DNA of 64,000 nucleotides, taken from Ginglymostoma cirratum (lineage: Eukaryota). Positions 35,186-48,460 of the stretch are shown here, in pieces. The stretch is taken from contig JAHRHZ010000139.1 of the NCBI GenBank assembly GCA_024137785.1, forward strand, positions 38,052,717 to 38,116,716. The letters run 5' to 3'. How positions within the stretch are numbered: the first letter of the stretch is position 1; each line of letters starts with the position of its first letter. The position numbers and the translations under genes were made by a program. The notes under the pieces were generated by a model. It searched no databases, was not told the origin of the DNA, and saw only the letters and a program-made list of their open reading frames with translations.

Positions 35186-36379
35186 TGTCTTTTATCTGCT
35201 TATCTTACAGATGTGTAGCTCTGCCAAACTAATATTTTGGACTGTAAAAGCCAAAATGGAAACAAACTTTTATTAGACACTGACTGGACTCAGAAAAAAT
35301 CATGTTTATTAATGTCCATATCTTTGAATCATAAGTTAATGTTAATTGTAAACGCTTTCCTTTATTTCTTTTCTTAGCATGGAGGGTGTGGGTGGGTATG
35401 TGTGGGTGTGTGTGAGAGAGATAGGGATAGACAATAAGCACACTAGACTTGAATACACTACTTCAGCCTACATTGTTGACCAATGAGACAGGATGAACTG
35501 CTAACCACACAGTGAAAGTGCCCCTCTAGCATAACCTGATTGAATCTTACATACAGTTTAAGACGGAGTAGTGTGAGTCTAAGACTACTGTTTTGAATTT
35601 AAACGAGGGCATGAAAGCAAAGCTGGTAAAATAGTGAACTAGCAATTTAGGTTAAGGGTTAAGTCAATAGAGATGCAGTGGCAAACATTTAAGGCAGATA
35701 TCCCCAAAAAACAGAATAGATATACTTGACCAAACAAGAAAAATTCTAAGAGGAGGACCTGGTTAACTAAAAATGTCAAAGATAGTATCAAATGCACTGA
35801 AAAGGCATTTTAATTGTGCAAAGATCGGTGATGGTCAGAAGTTTGGGTAGAAAATTTTAAAAAAGGAAAGAATTACTAAAAGATTAATAAAGAGAGAAAA
35901 TTAGAATGCAGGAGAAACTTAGCCAGAAAAATAAAAACAGATAGGAAAAAGTTTCTTATGATGTTTAAAAAAGAAAAAAATTAACAAAGTTAAGCGTTGG
36001 ACCCATAGAAAATGAGTTTGGGAGCTGGTAATGGAGAATAAAAAGATAGGAGATGAATGGAACAGATATTTTGCATTGGTCATCACTAGACAGGATATAA
36101 CTGGAATCCTGGAAGTAGCTGTAAATCAGGAATTGAAACAGAGGGAGCAACTCAAGACATTTACAATTACCAGAGAAGTAGTAATGAGTAAATTGTTGGA
36201 ACCACAAGTTAATAAATCCCCAAGTCCTGATGGATTTCATACCGAGGCATTAAAAGTAGTAATTTGTGAGATTGTTGATAAATTAGTTTCCAAAACTCAT
36301 TAGATTTGAGGGAGGTTTCTTTAGATTGGAAAATAGCTTGGAAAAGTGAGGGAGGCAGAAAGCAGGAAACTGTAGGCCA

Positions 36380-37730
36380 GAGATAGTATGAACTGCAGAT
36401 GCTGGAGTCAGTGTGGAGCTGGAGGAACTCAGCAGGCCAGGCAGCATCAGAGGAGTAGGAAAGTTGACGTTTCGGGTCAGGACCCTTCTTCAGAAATGGG
36501 GGAGGGGGAAGGGAGCTCAGAAATAAATAGAGAGACGAGGGGTGGGGCTGGGGAAGATAGGTGGGATGCTAATAGGTGAGTGCAAGTAGGGAATGGTGGG
36601 AATTGGTCAGTGAGGTGGGAGGAGCAGATAGGTGGGAGAGAAGATGGGCAGGTTGTGTCAGGTCAAGGAGGCGGGGATGAGAGGGAGTGTTGGTCATGGG
36701 ATGAGGCCAGGGGGGCGGTGGGGATACTTTGAAACTAGTAAAGTCCACATTGAGACCATTGAGTTGTAGGCTCCCAAGGTGGAATATGAGGCGCTGCTCC
36801 TCCAGTTTTCAGGTGGTGTCATTGTGACATGGAGGAGGCCCAGGATGGACATGTCACCCAGGGAGTGGAAGGGGGAGTTGAAACAGCTTGCGACCGGAAG
36901 GTGTTGTTGTTTGTTGCAAACAGAGCACAGGTGCTCTACAAAGCGGTCTCCGAGCCTCCGCTTGGTCTTACCGATGTAGAGGAGGCCACATCGGGAGCAG
37001 CGGATACAATAGACCACATTAGAGGATGTGCAGGTTAACCTCTGTCTGATGTGAAAGGATTGTTTGGTGCCTTAAATGGAGGTGAGGGGGGAGGTGTAGG
37101 GGCAGGTGTAGCACTTCCTGCGGTTGCGGGAAAAGACGCTGGGGTTAGTGGGGATAGTGGGGAATATGGAACGGATGAGGGCGTCAAAGAGAGAGCGGTC
37201 CCTACGAAAGGCAGCTAGAGATGGGGAGGGAAATATCACTTTGGTTGTGGTGTCAGATTGTAGGTGGCGGAAGTGGCGAAGAAAGATACGGTGGAAAAGG
37301 AGGTTGGTGGGGTGATATGTGAGGACAAGGGGGATTCTGTCTTTATTTTTGTTGAGGGGAGGGGATGTGAGTGCAGAGGTGCGGGAAATGCAAGAAATGC
37401 AGTTGAGGGCATTTTTGATCATCGAAGGGGGGAAGTTATGGTCCTTGAAATAAGAGGACATCTGGGATGTGTGGGAGTAGAATGCCCCATCTTGGGAGCA
37501 GACGCGGCGGAGGTGCAGGAATTGGGAGTAGGGGATCGCATTCTTGCAGGAAGGTGGGTGAGAGGAGGTGTGGTCTAGGTAGCTGTGGGAGTCGGTTGGC
37601 TTGAAATAGATGTCGATTTCGAGGCAGTCACCAGAGATGGAGACAGAGAGGTCCAAGAAGGAGAAGGTGGTATCGGAGATGGTCCAGGTGAATTTGAGGT
37701 TGGGGTGGAAGGTGTTAGTAGAGTTGATGG
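36380..37730 (-). mobile_element. Penelope-like element (Neptune-type), 5'-truncated
   Basis: YFKPTDSHSYL..SSHPPSCKNAIPYSQF, RRKCYTCP, VYCIRCSRCGLLYIGKTKRRLGDRFVEHL. Diverged TSD ctgtaggcca / ctataagtca. Confidence 0.92.
36463..36496 (-). ncRNA. Minimal hammerhead ribozyme motif
   Basis: Minus strand tttCTGAAGAaGGGTcctgACCCGAAACGTCaac. Confidence 0.65.
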
Positions 37731-39619
37731 GCTATAAGTCAGTTAGCTCAACATCTGTCATAGGGAAAATGTTAGAAGCTATTATTAAAGTTGTTATAAC
37801 AGGGCATTTGGATAAGTTCAAGGTAATATGGTTTTTCCAAAGGAAAATCATGTCTAACTAATTTATTGGAGTTCTTTGAAGAGATAAGCTGTGCCGTAGA
37901 TAAAGGGGAATAAGTGGATGCATTGCACTTAGATTTCCAGAAAATATCTGATAAGGTGCCACATCAAAGATTATTGTGGAAAATAAAAGCTCATGGAGTA
38001 AGGGGTAACAAGTTGGCATGGATAGAAGAATGGCTTGCTTACAGGAAGCAGAGAGTAGGAATAAGTGGGCCTTTTTCAGGCTGGCAGGGTTGCATGAATG
38101 GTGTGCCACAGGAGTCAGTGATGGAGCCTCAATTCCTTACAAGCTGTATAAATGATTTGGCCGAAGGGATCGAAGGTATGGTAGCTACGTTTGCTGATGA
38201 TACAAAAACAGAGAGGAAAGTGAGTTGTGAAGAGGACAGAAGCAGAATTCAAAGGGATATAGATAGGTTAAGTGAGTGGGCAAAGATTTGGCCAATGGAG
38301 TACAATGTGATAAAGTGTAAAATTGTCCACTTTGGCAGAAAGAATAAAAAAAAACTCATATTACTGAAATGTGAGAGGTTGCAGATCTGAGACGTAGAGA
38401 GATCTGGGTGCATGAATTGCAGAAGATTGTTGTACAGGTGCAGCAAGTAAGCTGGAAAGTTCATAGAATGTTATGTTTTATTGCAAGAGAAATTGTATAT
38501 AAGGGTAGGGAGATCAAACTTCAGTAGTACACACATTGATGATACCTCATCTGGAGTACCGTGTGCAGAACTGGTCACTGTACCTACAGGAAAATGCACT
38601 GGAAGCAGTTCAGAGAAGGTTTACTGTACTAATACCTGGAATGAGTGATTGCTTTATGAAGAAAAGCTAGACAGACCAGGCCTCTATCCTCTGGAGTTTA
38701 GGAGAATCACAGGTGACTTAATTGAAACATATACGATCCTGAGGGGACTTGACTGGGTGCATGTTAAAAAGATGTGAGATGATCTAGAATTAGGGGTCAT
38801 AATTTTAATATAAGGGGTCGCCCATTTAAATTAAAGATGAGAAAATAGTTTGTGGTCTGGGGATTGCGAGTCTGTGGAATTCCGTTCTTCAAAAGGCATT
38901 GGATGTAGAAATATTTTACGGTGGTGGTAGATAGATTCTCGGTTACCAAGGGGATGAAAGGTCATTGGGAATGTGCAGGAATGTAGAGTTGAAGGTAAAC
39001 TCAGATTAGCCATGAATTTATTGAATGGCAGAGCAGGCTTGAAGAGCCGAGTGGCCTATTCTTGTTCCTTATTTGGATGTTTATGTGTCATAGAGTTTGT
39101 TGGACTTCACAAACAAAGAATTTTGGGGGAAAGCAGTACAGCATTTTGCAGAAGGTGAAAGTAGTATGAAAAATAAAAAAAACCTTACATCCAAAAAAGA
39201 AGAAAAATAAAAGAATGACACTTGCGTCTGTTCCCCTCTATCTATAATAATTATAACAATGCCTACTGCTTCAAAAATATTTAATTTGCTATAACATGTT
39301 TTGGGATATCTAATGGCCACGAATGTTAATATAAGTCTTTCTTTCCAGAAACCTGTACATTTAAATATTCCCTATCTGAGGTAGCAGCCATTGGTATAAG
39401 CCTTTGGATCTCAAATGGGATGTTTGCCACATTTCCTGATTCTTTTTAAAAGTGTACATGGTTAAAAAGTACTGTTTGGATTTATTTCCGGATGATAGTC
39501 TACATTGAGGCGAGTAAGTAACAAAATACAAAGAAAATAAAACATAAAAAACAACAACAAAGTACATTTTGTTCACTAACTGTTGTAGTTCCTCTCGCAG
39601 TATGCATTTTTATAAATGA

Positions 39620-40830
39620 GAAAGAAATGTGAAATTAGAATAAGTCGGATGTTTTTGAGTTACCAGCTTGTAACAACTAGGGTTTTACAATGGGTGCACT
39701 TGAGCTTGTGCTATTTACAATCTACAGTAATCATTTAGATGAAGGGACTGAGAATAATGTCTCAGATGCTGTTGATCCAAAATTAGGTGAGAAGAACAGT
39801 GAGGAAGATGCAAAGAGGCTGGAGATGTTTGAATGTATTCCATCTGCTAAGAATTTGTCCAATATAACAAATTGTGTAGTTATCTACTTCGGTAGGAAAA
39901 GTTTTTTTTAAAAAACGTGGTTTTCTGAACAGTAGAAATTTTGAAAATGTTTACGTTTAGATTGTGTCCTTGCACTGTACACAAATCACTGAAAATTAAC
40001 ATGCCGGGTGGTTTTAGTTACAAATGGTTTGGAGAATAAGAGTCAATAAGCACTATTGTATTTACTTGGGGATAACGTTGTGTTATTCTGGTTTTCTTAC
40101 CTAAGGAAGGACATACTTGTCCTGGAGAGAATGCAATGAATTTTCAATAGACTCATTCCTGGGGTGAGGATATTCTCCTATGAGGAGAGGTTGAGTATGG
40201 AAGGTTTACATCTCTGGAGTTTAGAAAAAAGAAGTGACGTGATCTAATTGAAACGCAAAATAAAATCATAAGGGGCTTTATAGGAGGTAAGCTGAGAAAA
40301 TGTTACCCCTCGGTGAAGAATCTAGAAGTTGGGGTTGCAGTTTCAGAATAAGGGGTCAAACTTCTAACATGGGGATGAGGAGGAATAACTTCATTCAAAT
40401 GATTGTGAATCTTTGGAATTATTTACCTCAGGGAGCTGCGGATGCTCAGTTATTGAGTACATTCAAAGTTGACCGCGAATCTATTGTCAATTGTTGGAAA
40501 AACCCATCTGGTTCACTAATGTCCTTTAGGGAAGGAAACTGCCATCCTTACCTGGTCAGGCTGACATGTGACTCTAGACTCACAGCAATGTGGTTGACTC
40601 TTAACTGCCCTCTGGGCAATTAGGGATGGGCAATAAATGCTGCCTAGCCAGCCACGTCCTCATCCTATGAATGAATAAAGGAAAAAAAAGTAAGTAGATT
40701 TTTGTGTAATATTGGAACTAAGGGATATCTGGGTAGTGTAAGAAGTTGGAGTTAAGGTAGAAGATCAGACATGATCTTATTGAACGATGGAATAGCCTCA
40801 AAGGACTGAATCTCCTAATCCAATTCGTGT
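39620..40830 (+). mobile_element. Old CR1 3' fragment
   Basis: LVLFTIYSNHLDEG; MLPLGEESRSWGCSFRIRG..FIQMIVNLWNYLP. Confidence 0.75.
40483..40690 (+). mobile_element. SINE nested in CR1
   Basis: aaacccatctggttcactaatgtcctttagggaagg...gggatgggcaataaatgctg...atgaatgaataaa, then an A-rich end. Confidence 0.75.
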
Positions 40831-40959
40831 TTTTTTAAAAACACGCATCACAAAAAATAGGTAATCAGATAAATATTTACCTAATCTTTGTATTGTGGTG
40901 GGAGATCGTGACACAGGTGTTGGATAAGCAAACCAGAGACCGAAGCTGAAATTGTATCA

Positions 40960-41084
40960 GAGATAAAAGGTACTGCAGATGCTGGAGAATCCGAGATAAC
41001 AAGCATGGGGCTGGATGAACACAGCAGGTCAAGCAGCATCATAGGAGCAGGAAAACTTGACGTTTCGGGCCTAAACCCAAGGGT
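40960..41084. mobile_element. Family A mini PLE, probably a hairpin, running into the gap
   Basis: gagataaaagg...cgtttcgggcctaaaccc followed by aagggt, the start of the inverted arm. Confidence 0.8.
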
Positions 41085-41484
41085 NNNNNNNNNNNNNNNN
41101 NNNNNNNNNNNNNNNNNNNNNNNNNNNNNNNNNNNNNNNNNNNNNNNNNNNNNNNNNNNNNNNNNNNNNNNNNNNNNNNNNNNNNNNNNNNNNNNNNNNN
41201 NNNNNNNNNNNNNNNNNNNNNNNNNNNNNNNNNNNNNNNNNNNNNNNNNNNNNNNNNNNNNNNNNNNNNNNNNNNNNNNNNNNNNNNNNNNNNNNNNNNN
41301 NNNNNNNNNNNNNNNNNNNNNNNNNNNNNNNNNNNNNNNNNNNNNNNNNNNNNNNNNNNNNNNNNNNNNNNNNNNNNNNNNNNNNNNNNNNNNNNNNNNN
41401 NNNNNNNNNNNNNNNNNNNNNNNNNNNNNNNNNNNNNNNNNNNNNNNNNNNNNNNNNNNNNNNNNNNNNNNNNNNNNNNNNNNN
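41085..41484. other. Assembly gap (400 N)
   Basis: Run of N. Confidence 0.99.
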
Positions 41485-41800
41485 GAGACCGAGGCTAATG
41501 CTTTGTGGATAGTGGTTCTGATTCCATCACAGAAGCCGATTTCAATCAATGTAAAGGTCTGGAAAATAAAACCAGTCTCAGGAATGGTGTAATGAAAATG
41601 TCATCCATTACTTTAAAACGCATTTGATTTACTAATACCTATGAATGAAGGAAATGTGCCACCTTTACCTGGTCTGGCCAACATGTCATTCCAGAGGCAC
41701 AGCTGTAGTTGACTGCCCATTGAAATGCCCTAGTGAGACAACTAGTTCAAGGGCAGTTCGGGATTGGAAACAAGTACTGCCCAAGTCCCATGTAAGTATG
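41485..41800 (+). mobile_element. Old SINE (family of 40483)
   Basis: gaaggaaatgtgccacctttacctggtctggcc..agttcaagggcagttcgggattgg. Confidence 0.55.
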
Positions 41801-43369
41801 AAACCTGTATACATCCACCTTTGAACCATCTCCTCCTCCATTTCAGCTTGTTTGCTATTGTATGCTGTATACTCACTGACTTGCATTGGCACCTTGGGAT
41901 AAATTTTTGGGGTTGGAATGGGGTGGGGGTTTCCATATTGCTTGCTCACTCCAGCTGAACTATGTATTCCCAACTTGTCAACTTGAAAAAGCACTACCTT
42001 GAGGCGGATAATACCCTGGGATGGTTTCAATGACTTCAGGACAGGAAGTTCCATTCCTAGCAGTTGCTAGTCAATCCCAGCAAGCCAGAACACAGGAGCA
42101 GCTGCTGCTGGAATTCTATGCAGTCTCGAGAAGAAGATCCATGGATGTAGGACTGGAACGTGAGTTTGGGTTTTTTTCAGTTGGGAAGGAATCGAAGAGT
42201 CCATTGATGAGAGGGGTAGGATGGGGGAGTCAGGTTTAAAAACCCAGGTGGTGGGGGGGAGTAAGCACATGGGTTAATGGACATAGGAGACCTCCCATTG
42301 GAAGTTCTCTTTTTCTTCCCATCTCTTACCCCGGACTGGAAGAGTGGTTGGCTTTTCATTCTGCATCCACCTTTTTCTGCCTACTGTATCAAGGAGATGA
42401 TGGAGACAGACCCTTAAGCATCTTTTCATTGTCAATTTAAGAGCCTTAATAGGCCTAAGGATGGACAGGCTGGTTGATGCCTTTTCCATTCACTCTACTG
42501 TGGGAGTCATCAATGGACAACTTTCAAAACAAACAGGCACAGTGGCCTAATTCATCCCCAAATTGAGGTGTGTGTGGGAAAGAACGAGGCTGCTGGGGGT
42601 TGGGTGGATTGGGGGGGGGGGGGAAAGGAGATGAGGCTACAAGGGAAGAGGGGGGTAAGAGGCTGCAGTCAGTGAGATGGAGATTGGGGGGGTGGGGTGA
42701 GTGAGAGGGAGGCTTAATGGCAGGTGAGAGACAAAGCTGCTGTGTGAGAGGTAGACTGAAAGAAGGTGAGAAAGTCAGAAGCTGTAAGGAATGAGGGAGA
42801 GATTGGCTATGTGGGAGCGGAGGCAAGAGAGAAGTTGTAAGGGGTGGAGAGGAAGGCTGCAGGAAGGTGACAATGACAGAAGCCAGCTGTGAGAAACCTG
42901 GGGAGGGCCTGGTGGTGGCAAAAGAGAAACTACAAGGGGTGGAAAGGAAGGCTGCAAAGGAAAGAGGATAGTTCTAACAAAAGAATACTCAGTTGTTCAG
43001 AGACGCAATGAACTTCTGGCAAATGAATATAGAGTCTCTAACTTAAGGCTACATGTGTTGAAGAGCTACTAAATGGGGAAAACCACAGCTGATGCTATTG
43101 AAATGATCACTGTGCTGATAATTAAATTTCGATTTGAGATTGAAATACATAAGCTTTACATATCTGTGATGGAAATGCATTAGCTGTAAGCTCACCAGTC
43201 TCAGATGGCATTTTATGTGTCGAAAACATGTGTCTGTTATGTTAAAAATAAACTTTTGCTAAATTATGTGTATTATCTATTTAAATGATGTGGTTTTAGA
43301 AGTGACACTTTCCTTCAGTGTTGAGACTTCAGGTTTAACAGGTAAATATTGGGGATATTGATTAATATG

Positions 43370-43590
43370 CAACTTGGCCCACCATTTAATATAATCAAGA
43401 CTGACCCGAGATCTCAAAGGCATATTCCTGTGTTCTCCCCCTAGCCCTTGATGTCTTGAAAAAAACCAAGGAATCAATCTCTTTCTTGAATGTATTCAGT
43501 GACTCGGTCTCCACGGCCATCTGTGCTGGAGACTTCCACGGGTTTACGACCCTTTGACTGAGGAAATGTTTCCTCCTCTCAATGCTAAAT
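43370..43590 (-). mobile_element. CR1 3' fragment
   Basis: RRKHFLSQRVVNPWKSPAQMAVETESLNTFKKEID. Confidence 0.8.
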
Positions 43591-44399
43591 AAATTTGCCA
43601 CTCTCTGCATTGTTTCTCTTTTCTGTTTTTAAGGCTAAATGCTCACCAAACGTTTTGCTAATTGGACAATTTTTCCCCCCCACAAAATTGATGCATTTGG
43701 AAATTACTACTTATTTGTTCTAATTTATTCTAAAGCTGAGATCAGACACACACATTTTGTTTGAAGCGATTATCTTTGATGGATTCAGAATGAAAACATA
43801 GTGTGTACAACATTCCTGACAGAAAACAATGTTGGTATTGATGTAGCAGAGCTGCAAAACCTCCTGCATAACAAGAGCTTCCCCCCATCAAATACAGGTG
43901 CAGAATTTCAGATATCCTTCTGCCTAGGACAGATTTACAGAGTTTAATTTCTAAAGCAATTGGCAATTAACCTCTTTATTGATCTGTTTGGCCAGATGGA
44001 TCTTAGTCTTCCACTCAAACCAGCAAGAAATTACTTAATGCTGTGACACTGTGCAAACGGCTACAGCTAAGCTCATTTAAATTGTATTTCTCTTTGCAAG
44101 TGGCAGTAAAAAAAATGTGGAATTGAGTGATTTGTTTGCTAATTCATGAAATGTTTTCTCCCTCCGCTACCCCCCTTAATTCTTTCCCCTAAAATAAAAG
44201 CCTTTCTAACAGGAGAGAATAGTTGGCAACTCTGAGTGGAGCAGAGGTTGCAGTGTTGTACTACTGAGGAGACTGTTGAATTGAGGCATTGTTTTCTTGA
44301 GATATCGTACATTTTTCACTGGACAGGGGGAGCTGGGCGTAAAAAAGGCACCTTGTGTGCAACTTCTGGCACAGCATTGGGAGCGAATAAGATGTGAAT

Positions 44400-45900
44400 A
44401 AGTTCTAGGCAATTCAGCGTCGATTCAAAGCCCCTCGCAAGTGGAGTTAAGTCAGACATTCCAAAGTTCTGACACAGCCCAGGGAACTCTGCTTCATAGC
44501 TTATCTGAGGTTAGCCTGGTATTTCACATACTGAATCTGCCACTGAACTTTCACTCACTGCAGTACAATGGCTACAGCTCAGCCTGCATCGTAACGTCTG
44601 TAGACAGCACCGAGCAATCGGTCCAAGACGGACACAGCAGCAGCACACTGTCAAAAATGGGTTACAGCAAGAAGGTAGGAGAAACGCTCATTCGAGTCGA
44701 GATTGAATGGATTTGGATAAATAAAGTGACCCGAAATGGATTTTAATATTTGGACTGAGATTCTGGACCTGTTGCTGGTCTGTTGTATTCGTGGGGGTCA
44801 AATTGTGCGCAAAAGCTACCCTACCAGGCTGATGTACATGATAAGGATTTCTGAACACTGCAAGAACAATTGAATAGATTGATCAGTGTTAATTATCAAG
44901 TAACTGCAAAGTTGCAATGTTAAACATCCCACTACTGATGGTCCTTCAAATATTAAGAGTTCGACTTGCAGTGATCCAGATATTTCACCATAGGCTAATG
45001 GGAACCAATAATGCTTTAATTGCAGACAGCGTTCTTCTCTTTCTCCTACAGCATCACTGCCTACTTTTGCAACCGTTAGTGCAAATCGTGAAGTTATATT
45101 CTGGAACTGGCAATAAACTCCTTAACTACAGACGCAGACCTTCCGCCTGCTAGTCTTATCTAACCACAATATTAATTGGAATGACTTTGCAGTATTTGTA
45201 ATGAAAAGCGTTTACTATAGTTAATGTACCCATCTCCGCCGCCCATTTTATCTGATTACCTACAGGAGAATTGGAAAACTGAAGTGTTTTTACACGCGCA
45301 GATTGGGGAGGGGGTGGGGAAATGTTGGATACCGTAGTGCTGTGTAAAGAAAACTGGATGTAGTAACGAGGAACAGTGGAACTTTTACAGAACCAGTTGT
45401 AGTATCATCCAAAAGAATTTCCGTTCCTGTTGAGGGCTTTTGTGCATCGGATATTTGTAACTTCATATTTAGTATCTTTGCTTATCCGATCTGGGCCAAT
45501 TATTGATTTTAAATACCGTGCACTAAATTTTATTGAGACATAGTTCATTGTAAAAGGGGCACTGGCTAAGCAGGCGCTTCTGTTCCTACAAACATGCAGC
45601 ACAAGATGTAAACACACCACTCTGCCACTTGCCATTGTGGAAGGAAGTAGTACAAATCTCACTTATTTGTCTTCTCTCTCAAGTGACAATTTAATTGTTA
45701 AAAATGCTTTTAATAAAGGTGGTTCTCCTTTAAGTGTTGTGTACGCTGCACTGAATTGGCTCATCTTATACTCATCAATTTTATAATCAATTGATTGGAG
45801 TGGGATTGCACTAATGAGTTGTTAAAGCGGATGGCCCCCGGGAGGGCGGGGGAATGATTATATGCACCTCAGAGTTCCCCAGTTTTTACTTTTTGTCATT
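44400..45900 (+). promoter_or_regulatory. Candidate promoter / first exon region of a downstream gene (PLCE1 expected by synteny)
   Basis: Repeat-free, with locally raised CpG (44580-44810). AAG|GTAGGA donor at 44675, strong acceptor at 45032-45051, GC box GGGCGG near 45845. No coding homology seen. Confidence 0.3.
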
Positions 45901-47439
45901 GTTATTGCAAGGAACGAAAATGGTGTGTGGGGGAAAAAAAAGAGATAAATGCTCTTTTCCAGTAAGATGTGACTTCCGAGCTCAAATGATGAGCGGTCAC
46001 AGTTGGAAGGTTGATAGATTTGTCAAGACTCATAGAAGTAATAACTTTTGTTTAAAACACAATTGTTCAAATCTGTACCACCCACCCTCGAAGGCTGGTG
46101 GAAGCAAATCCGACAGTAACTTTCAAGAGGGAATTGGATCTGTAATCGGAAAAGAAATATTTGTGGGGTAGTGAATGGAGTTTATCAGAAAGTCCTTTTT
46201 AATGAAAGGGTATGCACATTAGCCTGAATGGTCTCGTATTGTATTCTGACATTGTGATAAAGTTTTCAATTTTCCTTTAGACTTTATAAAAGTTTTAGTT
46301 ACTGCTCTCAAGTTTTTGTCATAATTTGCTTGTTAATTTGGAGGGTTTGTTCCTCTACAAATACCTAGCCAGTTTAGCAAATGTGACTACCATTCTAATG
46401 GCAAGGGTTAGCAATAATGCAGCATAATTGGAGCCTGAAATGTAAAGTTGGAGGCAACACTGTTGCTAATGCCTCCAAACTTGTCACGTGCAATTGTTTG
46501 AGCCCTCTCAGAAATTGGGTATCTATCTGTGTCTGCAGTTACAACAGCTTTTGAACTATTCCACACTATTGTTAGTTACTGACCTCCATTGACACCATTG
46601 TGTTGATCTGTGGTTGTTAGGGACTGAAGTGAACATTTTAGCTGGGCTGTAAACTAAATTTCCATCTTAAAGAGAAATAGCATTTCATGACTTGCTATAT
46701 GAAAAAAAATTGCAAATAACTCTCAATCCTGGTAGTAATGGAACTTAGTTAAATACTTCATTTGCCTGTCTGTTTACTGCCTTTTTTATTTAAAAGAAAT
46801 GAGCATTTCTAGTAGGTGGGGAAGAATAGGCATCTGGCCATGCGGATAAGCTGGTATTCTTGACATCCTTTCATATTCCATTGTAGTGTGAATTTTTGAA
46901 GAGCGATGTCTTAGACACTAGGAGCTGCTAATTTGGCCTTTTTTTGTCATTTATCAGTGACCTGCAGCTTTTAACATCATATATCTACATCCAAGATATA
47001 TTATTGCTGCTTGACTGTCCCACATATGGAGAGAAAAGGCCATTTAATAAATGTCTTTTGAAGGCTGTACAAGGATAATTGTTTGAATCATTAATTTAAA
47101 AGAAATCTTGTAACTAATGCATGGCTTTTAAAGTGCCGTTAAAGACGCATCATTTAATGCAACATTTATTCGGGCTGAGATCCATTGCTCAAATGTTGAC
47201 GGAAATACTATTCTCTGGGAACTTTTTTAGTTTGTGGGTTCTGGTCTTCGGCTTGGCTTGTATGCTGTGGTTAGTGAAAATTGGAACAGACTGTCAGCCT
47301 GGGTTAAGGTTGGGCTGTGTGTTGAAGTCTTGCTGAATGTTTGGTAGCTTATGCTACACTTTTCAAGAGCTCTTATTGTGAATCTGTCTGTGAGCAAATT
47401 TCATTTTAACACAAAGCTTTGGGCCTTGAATATCTAAGT

Positions 47440-47950
47440 ACTTTTTTTTTTTTATAGATTGAGGGTTTCTGCCTGTATGAACCTTTCCAGATCCACATCC
47501 CCACTACCCTCTGGGTAGAAGAAAAAAATTTCAGGTAAGAGGTTTAAAAAGGGTCCCAAGTCTCTGTTCCATTTTATGGGTGCATCAACCTTTTAAACAC
47601 CTCTGTCTAGATGCCTTTACATAATTTTATATACTTCAATACACTTCAATCCTAGTGTTTCTAACTTTTTCCTCCTAACTGAAATTCTGTAGTCCAAACG
47701 ATATCCTTGCAAATTTCCTCTATCCTGTCCTAGTGCAGCCTTGTTGTTCCGATAATGCAGTGTCCAGAATTTCAAGTAGAATTCCAGTGTTTTGTATAGG
47801 TTTAGCAGAGCATCCCTGCTTTTATATTCCACACTGTAGCTAATATGGGTGTACACATCCCTATGCCTTCCTGACCACTTTACTTACCTGTCCAGCCAAG
47901 TTAAGGAGTTTGTGGACGTGCACTCATAAGCCGTCTGTTTCTCTATCGGT
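47440..47950 (-). mobile_element. Old CR1 fragment
   Basis: EYKSRDALLNLYKTL..LKFW..HYR..IEVYKIM. Confidence 0.7.
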
Positions 47951-48199
47951 CCCCTTGTTTTGTTAGCTGTTGTGTATTTCACTCAGTTCACCTAACAAGT
48001 ACTCAACCACAGGCAGCCATTAATGAACAATTTTATTTGTACCTGCACAAGAGTGGGCAACATAACAATTATATTTCATTTCCTTCCCACAAAAAAATCA
48101 TACTTGAATTGTAAAATGAAGCGTACCTAGTTTCAACACCATGACTAGATCAACATAAACCATATCTGAAAATCTAACTGGTTGGATTATATTTCCCTC

Positions 48200-48460
48200 T
48201 TGTCATAAGATGTGAATATAGCTGGTAACACCAACATTTATAATCTATCCCTAATTGCCTTTGAGAAGGTGGTGGTGAGCTGCTTTCTTGAACTGCTAGT
48301 GTCTTTTGGGATAGGGATAGTCACAGTGCTATGAAGAAAATTCTAGTATTTTGACCCAGTAGCATTGAAGGAATGGTGATGTTTTTCCAAGTCAGGATGG
48401 TGTGTGGCTTGGAGGGGAACTTGCAGGTGGTCACTTTCCCAGCATCTGCTTGCTTTTTAT
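48200..48460 (-). mobile_element. LINE 3' end (family of 21750)
   Basis: gagaaggtggtggtgagctgc..caagtcaggatggtgtgtggcttggagggg. Confidence 0.7.

Larger units (their letters stand above)
35580..39090 (+). mobile_element. CR1 LINE ORF2 and 3' end, interrupted by a PLE
   Basis: KSPSPDGFH, LDFQKISDKVPHQRL, NGVPQESV, FADDTK, MEYNVIKCKIVHFG; CR1 tail near 39050. Confidence 0.88.

Noticed and set aside
40936-41496. gagaccga(a/g)gct on both sides of the 400-N gap as a TSD
   Set aside because: The left copy is not adjacent to the element start and the gap hides the junction, so it cannot be verified.
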